64,000 nt of DNA from Camelus ferus (taxonomy: Eukaryota). The stretch covers positions 106,022,001-106,086,000 of the forward strand of contig NC_045696.1 in assembly GCF_009834535.1 (NCBI RefSeq), written 5' to 3'. The position numbers and the translations under genes are program-made. This document shows positions 39,000-54,121 of this stretch, piece by piece (position 1 is the stretch's first letter; every line of letters begins with the position of its first letter). The notes beneath the pieces were generated by a model. That model was not told where the DNA came from. It worked only from the letters and a program-made list of their open reading frames with translations, and did not search any database.

Positions 39000-39032
39000 T
39001 TCTTCTTCTTCTTCTTCTTCTTTTTTTTTTTT
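39000..39032. repeat. (TTC)n plus poly-T simple repeat
   Basis: Directly visible. Confidence 0.85.
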
Positions 39033-39999
39033 TGGTGTACACTTGTTTCTAATTTTAGAATGGTTTAGTGCTGTGTATTTTGCCATTGAGAGAAAGGAAA
39101 CACTGATTTTGTATGTATGTGACAAAGAGATGAAGGAAATCCACAGATGTTTGACAACAGTATTTTGAAAGACTGCTATTGAGAGATTGCTGGGGAAATG
39201 CAGAAACCAAAAGACAACAATGTATTTGCAGTTTCTGTGTTCTGTGGAGCAGTTTCCCTTTTTCTGAACATAGGCTAGTGTATTAGCTTATTGGGATGTA
39301 GTTTGATAAACTGCTCGGTCCTCTAAAGTTCTAAGCAGATAATTTTAGTTTTAAGTCACACCATCAGTATCAGGATGTAGTTGTCCCTCTTCTTTCTTTA
39401 TAGGAAATGTATGGATCAGGAAGCTGATTTTTACTGTTCTTTTAGTGGTTACCTCAAAGATTAAAATATGCATTCTTGACTTCTTAAAATTTAATGTTAC
39501 ATTATAGTTTTTGCCTTATTCTATGACAGTGTAACAATCATAAAACAATTTAACCATTCTCCAACTTATTTATTGTTGTATATTTCAGTTCCATATTTTT
39601 ATTCTCTCCACACATTTATTTACTACTGAAAATTGAAATAACACAATGTTTCCTTCCTGTTGTTATTTAAACTTTTAAAAAGCAGCGAAAAAATCTAATT
39701 CTTTATTCTCTGCCTAATTATTATGTATTATACAAACCACCCAATGTAAAGCCACCAAGCTCATTTATACACTTTGTCTCCACAAATTCTTTAGCTTCAG
39801 TTTTTTACTTTGTGTTGGATTACTCTGTTGACTTTAGCTTTTTAAAATATACACAGAGCCATGAGACTGAGTGCTTCTTGGAGCCAAATGAGAAAATGGA
39901 TCTAAAGTCAGCAAGATATTCCTAATACATGATTAGGTAACTGATATCTAGGTAGGGAGGAAGGAGGTACAGGAAGGATGGCCTGGGCTATTAAAATTC

Positions 40000-40435
40000 T
40001 TACCAGGCACTCTCCAGATTCTTGGACTGCAATATTGTAGAGATGAATATCGCTTCCACAGAATGCTTAGGCAAGCAGAGCTTTTTATTGAAAGGATAGC
40101 ATGTGCACAAGGGAGAAGGCGGAGAAGAGTGCCAACTCCCTGAGGACTTTCAGGCAAGAGGTTTTAAAAGCAGTGTGAGGGAGGGGGCCGCAGAGTGCCT
40201 GATCAGCTTGTGCTCAGTTCTTGGATTCGTTGGCATCAAGATGATGTTTCAAGTATCATCAACCCGGTTTCAAATCTACATGCTTGAAATCAGCAGTTTT
40301 CATCTGGGGGATTCGCTTCCTGCAAAAACATTTTAGGAATGTGTGTCAGACCTTTATCTGTATCTTTCAGGGAACTGGGAGTTGGGCGATTCTGCTATGT
40401 GGTAAATTTATAGTCCCACTTTAGTCCTTTGAAAA
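40000..40435 (-). mobile_element. ERV LTR remnant
   Basis: tttttattg (antisense polyA signal) and ggttttaaaagc; LTR-like composition; boundaries approximate. Confidence 0.55.
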
Positions 40436-40599
40436 CTATGTATATACATACATCAGTGGAACAGAGATAGTCTTTTATTCCTGTGGATCTCTGGGTCTTG
40501 TCTCAGAGGCCCAAGGCTTTAGGTGCTTTGTTTTACCCAGCCTGTCAAGCCCACTTGTTCAAGACTGTTCCCTCCATCCTTTTCCAAAATGACTGTACT

Positions 40600-43500
40600 C
40601 TTTCTGTCTCAGAATCATTGGTTATCTTTCACTCAACATAATTATTTCAAGATTCGTCCATGTTATTGGATGTATCACTAGTTTATTCTTTGTATGGATA
40701 TAATGCACTTTGTTGATTTTTCTATTGATGGACATTTGACTTGTTTCCCATTTCTAGCTGTTACAGATAAAGCTCTTACAACATTTGTGTTAGTCTTTCT
40801 GTGGACATATTCTTTCATTTCTCTTTGGTAGATACCTAAGACTAGAATTGCTGAGTTGTATGGTAAGTATATATTTAACTTTTTAAGATGCTGCCTGTGA
40901 CTTGTCTTCATTCTCTTAGTGTCTTTCAAGAAGCATAAGTTCTTAATTTTGATGAAGTTCAACTTACCAGTTTTTAAAGATAGATTGTGCTTTTTGATTC
41001 GTTTCCAAAAAACTAGGTGTAGCCCAAGGTTATGATATCCAGTTGTTCCACCACTATTTGTTAAAAAGACTATCCTGTCTCTACCAGATTGCCTTTGTAT
41101 CTTTGGTGAAAATCAAATTATATATGTGTGGGTCTATTTCTGGATTGTCCTGTTCCATTTAAATACGTATCTGTCTTTATGCCAGAACCGCAGTGCTTTG
41201 ATTACTGTTAATCTTGAAATCAGGCACTACAAGTCTTTTACTTGTGTTCTTTTTCAATGTTGTGTTGGCTATTTTAGATCCTTTACATTTCCATGTCAGT
41301 TTTCTAATTCACTTGTTGATTTCTGCAAAAAAAAAAAAAAAAGCCTGGTGGGATTTTATCATGTATGTAGATCCATTTGGGGAGAAAATTGGCATGTTAA
41401 CAGTACTGAATGTTCTGATCCATGAACATGATGCATCTCTCCATTTGTTTAGGTCTTCCTTAACTTTTCTAAGCTATGTATAGTAATTTGGGGTGCACTG
41501 GTTTTCCACATGTTTCATTAAATTTGTCTCTAAATGTTTAATATTTTTTTGACGGTATTGTAAATATTTGTATTTTCTGTTTCAATTTCTTGTTGTTCAT
41601 AGCCAGTATATATAGAGAAATTGATTCTCCCCCTTTTATTGTGGTAAATTATAACTAACATAAAATTTACCATTTTTAACTGTATAGTTTAGTGGCAGTA
41701 CATTCACATTATTGTGCAACCATTCTCAACACCCACCTGCATACTTTTTTCATCTTCCCAACTAAAACTCTATACTCAATAAACAGTACCTCCCCATTCC
41801 TCACTCACTGCAGCTCCTGGCAACCACCATTCTACTTTGTCTCTATTTGACTACTCTAGACATGTCATATAAGTGGAATCATACCATATTTGTCCTTTTG
41901 TGACTGGCTTATTTCATTTAGCATAATGTGTTCAAGATTCATCCATGTTGTAGCATGTCAGTATTTCCTTTTTAAGGCTGAATAATATTCTATTTTATGT
42001 ATAGTTGACCCTAGAACAACACAGGTTTGAACTGTGCATGTCCGCTTATATGTGGGTTTTTCAGTAGTAAATACTGCAGTACTTCATGATTGAAGTTGGT
42101 TGAATCTACAGATGTGGAGGAACTGTGGATACTGAGGGCCAATTCTAAGTTATATGTGAGTTTTCGACTGCACTGAGTTTTGGTGCCCCTAACCCCCTGC
42201 ATTATTAAAGAGCCAACTGTGTATATACCATACTTTGTTTATTTATTCATTCATCCATCAGTAGGCACTTGGGTTGTTTCCACTTTTGGCTGTTGTGAAT
42301 AATGCTACTATGAACATGGATGTACAAATATCTGTTCAAGTCCCTGCTTTCAGTTCTCTTTGGTGTATACCCAGAAGTGGGATTGCTGGATCATATGGTA
42401 ATTTTATGTTTAATTTTTTGAGGAACTGCCATACCGTTTTCCAGAGTGGCTGTACCATTTTACTTTCCCACTGGCAGCGCACTAGGATTCCAAGTTTCTC
42501 CACATCCCTACCCACGCTTGTTGTTTTCTGTTTTTGTTTTGTTTTTGTTAATAGTAGCCATCATAATGGGTGTGAAGTGGTATCTTGTGATTTTAATTTG
42601 CATTTCCCTGATGGTTAGTGATGTTGAGCCTCTTTTCATATGCTTATTGGCCATTCGTGTATTTTTTTTAAAGAAACATCTATTCAAGTCCTTTGTCCAT
42701 TTTAAAATCAGATTTATATTTTTGTTGAGTTGTAGGAGTTCTGTATTTCTTCTGGTTATTCACTCCATATCAGATATATTATTTATAAATATTTTCTGTC
42801 ATTCCATAGATTATCATTTTACTCTGTTGATAATGCCTTTGATGCAAAGAAGTTTTAAATTTTAATAAAGTCAAATTTATTTATTTTCTTTTGTTGTTGA
42901 TGCTTTTGGTGTCATAACTAAAAAATAGTTGCCAAATCCAATCTTATGAAGCTTTTGCCCTTCTGTTTTCCTCTAAGAGTTTTATAGTTTTAGCTCTTAC
43001 ATTTAGATCTTTGACCCATTTTGAGTTAATTTTATATGTTTAAAGGTAAGGGTACAACTTCATTTTTTATATGTAGCTTTCTAGTTTCCCTAACATTATT
43101 TGTTGAACAAAGCCTGTTCTTTCCCTACTGGATGGTCTTGGCACTCTTGTTGAAAATAACTTGACCATATGTACAGGATTATTTCTGGGGTTTCTGTTCT
43201 ACTCCATTAGCTTATATGTCTTTTATGCTAGTGCCACACTGTTTTGATTGCTTTAGCTTTGTAGTAAGCTTTGAAATCGGGAAGTGTGAGAACTTTAACT
43301 TTGTTCTTTTTCAAGATTGTTTTGACTCTGTGAGGTCCCTTGAGATTCCATATGAACTTTAGGATTGATTTTTCTGTTTCTGCAAAAAAAATTGTCCATG
43401 AGGTTTTGATAGAGATTGCATTGAATCTGTAGAGTGCTTTGGGTAGTATTGACATCTTAATATTAAGTCTTCCAGTCTATGAACACAGAATATCTTTCCA

Positions 43501-44350
43501 GTTATTTTTATCTTCAGTTTCCTTCAACAGCCTTTTATAATATTCAGTGTATAAGTCTTTTGCCTTCTTGGTTTATTCTTATTTTATTCTTTTTAATGAT
43601 ATCATAAGTGTAATTGTTTTCTTAATTTCCTTTCTGGATTTTTCATCATTAGTGTATAGAAATGGAATTGATTTTTGTGTGTTGACTTTGTATCCTGGTT
43701 AATTCATCCTTTGCTGAATTCATTTGTTCTAATATGTGTTTTTGGTGAAATCTTTAGTGTTTTCTGCATGTCATATCATCTGTAAATAGAGATAATTTTA
43801 CTTTTTCCTTTCCAATTTCTATGTTTTTTATTTCTTTTCTTGCCTGATTGCTCTGGCTAGGACTTCCAGTACTATGTGGAATAGAAGTGGTGAATGCAGG
43901 CATCTTTGCCTGGTTCCTGATATTAGAGGAGAGGCTTTCAGTCTTTTAATGTTGAGTATGATGTTCACTGTGGGTTTTTCATAGACGGCTTTTATTAAAA
44001 TGAGATAGTTTCCTCCTGTTCCTTGTATGCTGAGTGTTTTTATCATGAAGGGGTATTGGAGAATTTGTCAGATGCTTTCTCTGCATCAAGTGAGATGATC
44101 ATGTGGATTTTCCCCCCTTCTGTTAATGTAATGTATTATGTTGGTTTTCATATATTGAACCATTCTTGCTTTCCAAGAATAAATCCCACTTGGTCATAGT
44201 GTATAATCCTTTAATATGCTGCTGAATTTGGTTTGCTCATATTTTAAGTTTTTGCATCAGTGTTTAAGGGCTATTGGTTTGTGGGTCTCTTTTTGTTTTG
44301 TCTGGTCTTGATATTTGGGTAATGTTGCCTCATAGAATGACGTAGGAGAG
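40600..44350 (-). mobile_element. Nested decayed L1 fragments (older copy about 40600-41630; second copy about 41630-44350)
   Basis: Minus ORFs with L1 ORF2 motifs ([43 protein letters not shown]). Confidence 0.9.
42003..42219. mobile_element. MER8/Tigger2-like non-autonomous Tc1-mariner element inside L1
   Basis: Terminal inverted repeats agttgaccctagaacaa ... ttattaaagagccaactg. Confidence 0.8.
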
Positions 44351-45377
44351 ATACAATTGACTCTTGTGTTTTGCTTTTACATGTGACCTGCAAAATTCAA
44401 TTATACTAGTTTCTAGGCTAACTTATAGATAGAGGTGGAACTGGGGCCCAAGTCACTTGGCTGTAGAGCTCCTGCCTGGCTTCCATGGTGGGGCTGAGGC
44501 AGAGAATCAATTCCGGATATAGCTGGTGATTACTGGGAGATGGTATGGTACCAGAAGCTGAGTCTTCTTTTTCCCATAAGAGTCTCCAAGTCTCAGCAAA
44601 CTTGACACTATGAGCAGGTCAACATGTGCTTAGAAATGATACCCTTTTCTGAAAGTAGTATGTCTTAGTGTTGTGCAAGCCAGATAGGATAGGGTTTCTC
44701 ACTGAGCTTTATAAGAATGTATTAACAATAACAATGATGGTGCTCTTGATAATGAGCTCAAAGGACACTGAGGGATGGAAGCTGTAGAATAAAGGGAAAG
44801 CAGGCCAGTAGATACTTCACTGAAGACAAGAGAGTAGTCAAGATTTATATTCCCTTCTATAAATCTTGGGGTATGTATTATTTCCTAATAAATTGCTAGT
44901 TAGGGACTTAAACTGTGAGTTTACAGTATCCCACACTGTGTAAATATCTAAGCTGATTAAACCATCTGAAATCCTGAATTATGGATCACTTAAGAATCTT
45001 AAATTCTTGCTTGGTTCTTTTTAACATCCTTAATATTGGTTCCTTCCTGATTGTTATTTTCTTCTAAACATATGCATAAAATTATATCAGTTTTATGGTG
45101 ATTGAGTTCTTTTACTTATTATGAAACCTTGAATGCATGCAGTTATAAGCTATATTTTTCCATTTTACACTGATTTTACTTGTTACAGTTTTTACATTTA
45201 AGACATACGAATATTCCTTGAGCTTGCACCCATTTAAAAACAGCCTCAAGTTCTTCAGTTCTACTGAAGTTCTTGAAAGAAGCAGCTCTGTAAAGATGGC
45301 TTTGTATACAATATTGTTAGGACAGCATGTACTAGATGTACGTATCGTAATTATATTTTTTGAAAAATTTCTTACAG

Positions 45378-45547
45378 GCAAAATGTCAGCATTATAAGAA
45401 AAAACGGATGGAGCAACAAGAGACTATTGCTTCTTTGCAAAAGGATATCTATAGATTAACGAAGGAGGAAGAGGAGCGCATTGCCACTCAAAACAGAGTG
45501 TTTTCTTATCTCTGCAAAAGAGTTCCTCATACCGTCTTGGATAGACA
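45378..45547 (+). CDS. CEP70: CEP70 exon [56 protein letters not shown](Q)
   Basis: AG/GT flanks, 170 nt; lies in ORF 45360-45551. Confidence 0.96.
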
Positions 45548-45599
45548 GTAATGTTTGCTACATAAATTGATATGTAGCTAGATTCATTATTTTTTTAAA

Positions 45600-47300
45600 A
45601 TAGATTTCATCTTGCATGTGGTTTATATTTCCCTTAAAATGGAGGAGTCTTACTTCCCCTCTTCTGTGCTTTTTTTTTTTTTTTAATGTTATTAACTTGA
45701 AGAAACTGGTCAGTTGTCCTGGAGAAGTACATGTTAGATTTGTCTATTTGCTTCCTTATTATGTCATTTAACTTACTTTTCTGTCTCCTGTATTTCCTCT
45801 ACACTGGAAGATAGAGCTAAATTCAGATGCAAGTGATTTTGGCAAAATACCTCAGGTGGTAATTTATGCTTCTAATTATAAAATATCAGGAGACACGTAA
45901 AGTCTAGTTGACCTATTCTTAGGGTTGCTAAGATTGTTCACGAGTTTAAATAATAACAATCTGATCCTTCCACTGTAAAATTTCCCATCATCATTTCATT
46001 TAATGGTTTCATCCATTGATGATCTTGCAATATTGTTTTCAAGTCTGGTATCCCTTTTTTTCTTTTTTCTGGAATTCTTCCATAAAAAAAGAACCTTTCC
46101 TATTGAGTAGAGGCTATTTGGTTGCCCCATATGATTTGTTAACAGAATGTGGGAGCAATGCTCAGTTCTTTCCTTTTAATCCTCACTTTTTAGAATAAGG
46201 AGTTGGTGCCATGATTTCCAAAGATAAGCAATAAGAGTTTTTGTTTGTTTGTGGCTCTTTCTTTTTTCAACGGTCATGATTAACTCATGGGATTTAAATG
46301 ATCAAAGTGTCCTGTCTTTGGCCAGTGAGAAGTTTTTCATGTTGGTATTATATACTTTTGACTCAGCTTCATTAATCTTTGTTAGATTTCTTACTTTTAG
46401 GCAGAGGGTACATCCTGTACATTTTTTTGCCCTAAGAGCTCTTTTGAGGAATAAAGTTTGGTATTTGTTAAAACTAACACTAAACATTTAAAGTTAATTA
46501 ATTAGACATTTCTCAAAAGAACTCTGGTTCCTTTTTGTCAGAATGGTTTTTAGAGCACAGTTTGGGTGCTGAGGTTGCTTACCATTATTATGTTGTCATT
46601 GATTTTAGGACTTTTTAGTGGCAAGTGTTAGGAACTATATATATCTGAGGAAGAACAAATCAGTAATGATTTTTTTCCAACTGAAGTTAACATTACAGGT
46701 TTTTATTTAAACTTTGATTTTACATTTGTAACTCTTTTACACTGAAAATCTTATTCCTAAGAATAATATCATAATTAGTTACTTGCTTTATCTTATATAT
46801 ATAAAAATAGTTTTAAAATAATAATACTGGAATTGCTGTATCAGTAACCTACTGAATGAAATACAATTCTCTTTTCAGTTATCTTTGACATTAATAATGT
46901 ATTACACTGTGCGTACAGTCAAAATCTAGTGTTCCAAAATATCTTGAAATATTTCTTTTCTCTGTGTTTGTAGCACCAAATTAATATACAGTTAGGCTTA
47001 TTTGCTTCAGTTTATTTTTAGTTTTTAGGGCTGGCTTTTTAAAATATTTAGTTTTGAATCTGTAAGACATTTATACAATTCTAAAACCTATAATTACTTA
47101 CAGTCAAAGAAGTTGTGTTTTCACTCCTGTCCCCTTAGCCTTATTTCTTACTTCTCCCTATAGGTAATTTTAAATGTTCAGGGTTATTTTAGCAAATATA
47201 AGTGGTATGGGTATTATATTCATATTTCTCCTTTTTGTATAAAAGGTAGCTTGTTTTTTTTTTCACTTAATAGTATAAACTAATTACATTTAAACTAGTT
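45600..47300 (-). mobile_element. Ancient L1 (L1MC/ME-like) 3' remnant
   Basis: Antisense similarity to 2300-3480 and 20560-21900. Confidence 0.55.
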
Positions 47301-49270
47301 TTACATGTTTACATAAGGACTGGGGAATCTTTACTAATTAGGTATTTCTATTTTACTATAAAAATAAATGAGGTCACATGTAAGTTAAAACTAGATTGTT
47401 TTGATAATTGAGAGATAACACATACATATACACATATATACAATTTTTATCTTTTTAAAGGAAGAGCAAGGATAAAAATATAAAAAATAATTTAAATAAC
47501 AAAAAATAGTTGGAGGTAGATATGAATAAATAAAAAGAGGAGAGAAGCAAAGAAAGAAATAGGAGTAAGGAAGAACAAAAGGAAGAAAGAGCTAATTACA
47601 ACAGGAGTAAAAATGTAGTGAGAGAGATGGAGGAGAAAGGATGAAAACAGAAACAAAAAACAGCTAATTTGAGTGGGTGAGAGGGCAAGAGAGAGAGAGA
47701 AGCATCGAGAGAACGTGCCAAGTGCCACATGAAGTCAAGCTCATTCAGGTGTGAATTTGTCTAATGGCCTAGAGATTCTCCGCTCTACCAAGCCTACACT
47801 TAGAAGGGCCTAACTCCAGAAAACTTTTCAATTTTAGAGAAAGTAGAGGCAGAAGAGTTATGTTTGGATGTCAGGCTAACCAAGGAATAAGAGTGTCTCA
47901 AAAGGAGAAGGTGGTGAGAAGTGTTACATGCTGCCTCGTTAGTTTGTGTTTGCCTTCCCACTGTCTTTTTGCTCAGAATTTCTGGTTTGACATATAAGTC
48001 CTCTCCAAAAGTTTGTTGAAGGTGGCAGGTTACAGTCTTTCAGGATGAATGAAGTTTGCCCTGCAGGAAAAAGACAGCAGTGGAATAGTAGCAAGATGGG
48101 GGAGTAAGGGGTGAGAGGGCTTAGAAAGTATATAAAGGAAATTAAAGCATATTTGCAGGATAATATGAAGGCTGGTATGTGTTGGGATGAGGAAAATTTG
48201 AAGAGAAAGAATAATCTGGAAAGTTTTGATATTAAAAGCACAGTTGGTTGAATTAGCCCTGAAAAAAGAGATAGATGAGTAAATTTTCCAAGATAGGAGG
48301 GAAATAGTATAAATTCTTGCTTTAAAAATAATAATATGTGAAAGTATAGTGTTATTTTATTTTTGAGGATTTTTTGAATTACAAAAGCAATACATGCTTA
48401 TAAAATTGAAATAATATGAAAATATGTAAAGAAAAATGTTATAGACCTGCTTACCCCTCCTAATTCCCACATCCCAGAGGTAACCACATTTAACAGTTTG
48501 GTTTGTGTCCTTTCCAGTGTTTTATAACAAGAGTGTTGTTTGGGTGGGACAGGTCTTCAATATGTAGGGCTGTCATGTTGATTGATGAACTTTTAGCATC
48601 TGCATATGGTGAACATTTGCTCTGTCCCCAGCTATTCAGTGTGATAACCAACCCTGTCCCCAACATTGTGGTATTATCCCTCAGTTAAGATCCCATAGAG
48701 TTCTTTTTCAGCACATACATAGATTCACATTGAATTATTTCTTCAAAAAATAGAGTAATACTATACATTTGGCAATACAACATTAATTTTTTCCCTTATC
48801 CACTTCTCATGAGAATGTACAGATTGACATAATCTCTTCTAATGCTTCATCTTCTGTAGTATGGATGTGCCATTATTTATTTAACTTTTCCCTCATTAAA
48901 GGATGTTTAGATTGTTTCTGAGTTTTCACTCATAAATCATAGTGCTTTGAAAAACCTTGTTCTTCTAGAGTTACAACCTTGGGCAGATACTTCTGTGGGA
49001 GTGATTGCTAGAGAAAGAACTGTTGGGAAAAGGAGAATATGCATTTAATATGTTGATGTTTAATGTTTCTGGTTATTTTAAAATCTATACATTAAAGTTA
49101 ATATAAAATATATGGCTTAGTATACTTGCTTCTGGCAAAAATCACTTAAATTTTTTTATGATTTGCTAGTTAACCTGTATGTTAATCACTGTCATTTAAA
49201 ATTATATAGAAAGAATAGTAAATGTTCCAATACCACAGTTTGAAAATAATTCAACTTACTTGTTTTCTAG

Positions 49271-49327
49271 GTTGCTTTGTCTAATTGATTACTATGAATC
49301 TAAAATTAGAAAATTTCAAAAACAAAG
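49271..49327 (+). CDS. CEP70: CEP70 exon LLCLIDYYESKIRKFQKQ(R)
   Basis: ttttctag acceptor, gtatga donor, 57 nt, phase 2-2. Confidence 0.94.
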
Positions 49328-50871
49328 GTATGACTAGTCCTGTATTACCATTTATAAAGTTATTATCTATCTAGTCATGAATTACACTAAAAGTTTTTAT
49401 AGCCTTTTGAAACTTGACCTGGTATATGTATAACCTATCTGATATATAACTGCAAATTTCTTGTTTTCTAAAGCTCTTCAAGACTATATTTTACTACTTA
49501 TGTTAAAGTATATTGTTGTGTTTATATTAAAATATGTATATTTACTAACCACGAAAGTGTTAGTTACAGAAGAAATAGTGTTTACTTTTAATTTTGTTGA
49601 AGTATTACTATTTATTCTATTGATGTCATCTAGCCACTGGATAGTTACTGAGTATACCCACAAGGTGTGTAGGATTAAATTAGCTGCCTACCAAAGTACA
49701 GCCTAATTAGTATGCAGATTTATATGAGAAAAGATAAAATGTCATAGTGAAAAATCAGGTATATAGCGTTAAACACACTTGTCACCTCTCATTAAAGAAA
49801 TAAGGGTAAAGTTTTAAATAATGGTCTTTGACTAACCTAAAATAGCTGAAAGATATCTAAGACCAAATAATCTAAAGTGCTTTAATATAAGGTCATTAAA
49901 CCAGTAGCTGTTCTTTTTCATTGTTTATAAATGGAATAGTTCTTTTTAACAAATATTTATTTGAGCACCTACTTTCTGCCATGTTCTATTTTAGGTACTG
50001 AACAGAAAAAATAGACACACTAGAATAAAGCAGGTAAATCCTCTGCTTTCATCAAGCGTGCATTATCTAGTATTCTTGCCCTAAGAGTGATGAGTCTCCA
50101 GAAACTCATTAGGACCAGTGGCAGAGCTATACTGGTTGCTGATTCCTTCTAGCACCTTGGGGACTCTTAAAAAAGACAGCAGGATAGAGGGAAAGAGGGA
50201 AGACAAGAACAGCTAATGATAGAGCAACTCATTGCTTCATTCTATTCAGAAAGCAATGTTATATCAGATAACTTCAGGGACTTTCTGATTCCCAAATGAA
50301 ATTGTGTTTTTGATGGTAGGCATGGTGTTAGGTTATACAGAGACAGGACAAATTTTTGGACATGGTTCTTACCTTCTAGGAGTTTGCAGTCTAGTAAGGG
50401 AGAGTATATATAAACCCATTAATAATTAAGAAAGATAATATGAGACTTGTAAAATACAATACATGTGTCACAATAAAGTAATTACTAAAAACTGTACAGA
50501 CAGTAAGTAATACAGGAAATTATAACAGGAACAAATTCATTTTGGATGGAGTAACCAGAGGACTCTTTACAAAGCAGATGGGGATTGTGCTTGAGCTTGA
50601 AGAATAAGCAAAATTTGGGACATTTTGGATGCTATGAGCAAAAGAGCATAGATAAAAAGAGAAGAGTTTTTTATGGCACTGTAATTAAGCAGTTGGGCTG
50701 GACTTTCGGGGATTTGTTGGTATATTAATAGAGGTAGTAACCTGTGGAGAGCAGTCATTCACATGCTGGACCCAGAGTAAGCTGTAAATGAGCAAGGAGA
50801 CATCATTTGCCTTGGAAAGAAGGAAAGCTCTTTTTCCTTTGATACAGGTGGGTGATGGGCTTGTAGGTATG

Positions 50872-51280
50872 TGTATTAGTCAGGGTTCTCAAGAGAAACA
50901 GAGCCATTAGAATGTACATTTATATATAGAGAGAAATTTATTTTAAAATATTTGGTTCATGCAATTATGAGGCTGGCAAGTCTGAAATCTGTGAGGCCAG
51001 CCTGCAGGCCGGAGACCCAGGGAAGAGTTGATGTTGCAGTGTTGATGTTGAAGGCAACGTGGAGGCAGAATACCTCCTTTCTTGGAAGTCTCAGTCTTTA
51101 CTCTTAAGGCCTTTAACTAATTGCACCCACATTATGAAGGGTAGTCTGCTTTACTCAAAGTCTGTTGATTTAAATGTTAGTCACATCAAAAACAAAATAG
51201 CTCACAGCAATATCTAGACTGGTGTTTGATCAGGTAGTTGGGCACCATAGCCTAACCAAGTTGACACTAAAATGAACAAT
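50872..51280 (-). mobile_element. MLT2/ERVL-type LTR
   Basis: tgtattagtcagggttctc...gcctaaccaagttgacac. Confidence 0.8.
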
Positions 51281-51654
51281 CTCAGTATGTAAGAGTAAGG
51301 AGAGGGAAAATGAAGAATTTCGTGGCTTGAGAGGTTGCAAACTGTTATGCTCACAGGATCAAGAAAATGATGAAAATGAGTGAAGTAGGTCAGACTGTGG
51401 CAAATTGGGGAGTTGTGTACCATCTGTCTTAAGGGAGAAGTTACTACTCACTCTAGCCGGTTGATGCCATGCAGGAGTGTGAATCCACTGTGTCTAGATC
51501 TGCTTTTTTGAGAAGCTAGAAGGTTAGATTTAAATAAGAAATCAGATTTATAATATTTGCAATTAAAACTCAATGCTCTAAAAAATATTATATGATCCAA
51601 ACTGAATATTATTTGCAACCTTTGGTCTACGTCTTTAGTAAATTCTAACCTAGA

Positions 51655-51862
51655 TTTAGGAGTTGGTTAACTTTTTCTTGAAAAGGGCCAAACAGTATGT
51701 ATTTTAGGCATTTTAGTCTATGTGGTCTCTCACAACTACTCAACTCTGCTGTTGTAGCACGAAATCCGCCATGCACAATAAGTAAATGAATTGGCATGCC
51801 ATAGCATTATAAAAAACCTGCTGGATGTAGCCCACAGGCAGCAATTTGCTGACCACTGGTCT
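51655..51862. mobile_element. MER58-like hAT element
   Basis: aaagggccaaacagta...caactactcaactctgc...tttgctgaccactg. Confidence 0.75.
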
Positions 51863-54121
51863 AGATGATGAAGAGAGAAAGTTTGGGATTTTTAGTAAGA
51901 GTAGAGAAGATTTAGCATAGCCATCATTGAAATCTTTTGTGTAGAATATGGTGTGAGACGTTGCCTCTGAAGTTGTACAGACTGGGATTCTCTGACTAAA
52001 TAGAAGGATTGAGGCTCTTGTGGGTGGTGGTAGTGAATTTGGTTGTCATGAATTTGTAGTAAAAATCTGGGGTTGAGAATAAGAAGTCTCGGGGAAGGAG
52101 TTACTTTTTTGCTTAACAATCCTGTCATCACTGGTCTAACTGAAGTGAAATAGTTTGGCCTGTACAAACTATGCTCAGGTCAGATACTTGGACTGAATGT
52201 CTCTTTAATAAGAGAGAAGGAGATAGGGAAAAAAGGAACTGCATTATAAATAATGTTCTCAAAGATGAGATTAGAAGTCACTTGTACTTTGCAGCAATGA
52301 AGAGTCTGTCCTAAAGAGAGGCTTTTTCATGTTTCATTAAACAGAGTTTATCAGTCGCTTTTCTAAAGATAAATACTAATTTGATAAAGAGATTGTAGCA
52401 ACTTCAAGGTGGATTTTGAGATCTACAAATAGGAAATTAGTGTCACCTGAAGAAGCAGGAGTACTGTAACTGACAAGTATTATAAAACTAAAAAAAAAGA
52501 TGAAAGAATTGAAAGATGAAAAAGGTGAAAGAGAGGAAAAATGAGGGAAGACAGGCTATGATTTGGAGAACTAAATCAAATAAACAGGAAGCACAAGAGA
52601 GGGACGTATTCACCTGTAGAGCCAGGGGAGTGAGACCAAAGGAAGAAGATGAATGGGATGTTGGCCTCCTGCAGAGGTAGGAGCCCTCTGCTTAACACCC
52701 ATTTTTTAAGAACAGCACTGTCCAAAGTTTTTCTCATCATGAAACATGGAAAGTGATGTGTGTATACCACACTGCGCTAACTGGCTCAAGAGCTCTGACC
52801 AGTTGTCCTAGGGGCTAAGAGATGAATATCTTGGCGCATTCATAATCCCCTTGCACAGCACACCTGTGCCACACCATCTGGGGCTCTGCTTGAGGGCACA
52901 GGCTTGAGAAGGTTTCTAGAGGGACTCGTGAAGGGCAGTTTCTAAATGCTCTGGACTAGTATTTCTTTCTCCCTCCATACATGAGACTACGCAGGGAAAG
53001 CAAAGGAAGTAACAATCAAGGCAGCAGAAATGTGGATACAAATGTTAGCCAGTTAAAAGTCTCATAAAACAGGAAACATGCTACAATCTTTGGAAAAGAG
53101 GAAAAGTAAATTTTAAAATGACAGGCTCTCAGTTATGTTACTTTACCTACTTTTCTTTACTCAGTGTTAATATAGATTACATGGAATATATTGCTAGCTA
53201 CTTCTATTAATATTTCCCTGGCTTTGTAGATGGAATGAAAGAGCCAAGGAAAATAACATAGGAATAAATCCTGCAAGGCTCAGGTTGAGTTTCTTCTGAC
53301 ATGTCAGAGTCATTTGGAAAGTTACCCCAGGGAAAATAGTTCTGTAATGAATTAGTGAAGTGAAGTCCTCTTGTCTAATTCCATCCTTCTCTTTAAATAG
53401 AAAATTTTTAAATGGTTTTGAGAAATGGAAGCAAGTGGCTTTGAGGTTCGCCTCTGATCAGACATGATTTGGATTTGGAAAGAAAATAAAACACAGAGTT
53501 TCTCTACTTTTGCTCTTTCTCTCTGTCCCTAAAGAGCATGATCTTAAACACTGGGTTCCTCCTGAGGCTTCTGGAGACCATTGGAGAAAGAGTAGGGAAG
53601 ACTTTGACTGTGGGGATCCCATGTCCAAATGAGAGTTTGTGGCTGCTTAGAATTATGTTTTTACTTCAGGAAAACCACAAAATCTGTCAATGCTAAATTA
53701 AAGGCTATAGGAAAAGAAAGTGAGGGTTCTTAACTGAAACTCATTTCCCTTTAGGTCTGCATTTAAAATTGGTCTCCTCTACTGTATTCATCTATTAGGT
53801 TCTCCTGAGAACAAATGTGGCCAGAATGGCAGGTATTTTAGAGTATATACAGAGAATGATATGAGTGCATAGGCTTTGGAGCCAGAGATTTCCTTTTGAA
53901 TCCCACCACGAGCTACTTACTATTTGAGTGACTTTGAACAAGTTAAATAGCTCCTCCAAGTGTTAACTTCCTCACCTGTTAAATGTGAAATAGTCTATAT
54001 AAAAACATCTATCTTAGTACTTGTTATATAGAAGCTACTCAGTCATCCTTATTATCTTTCCTGAAATGATCGTTTGTTCAAAGCTAGCATGTGTTTTAGA
54101 AGGTTTGAGGGGTATGTTAGT

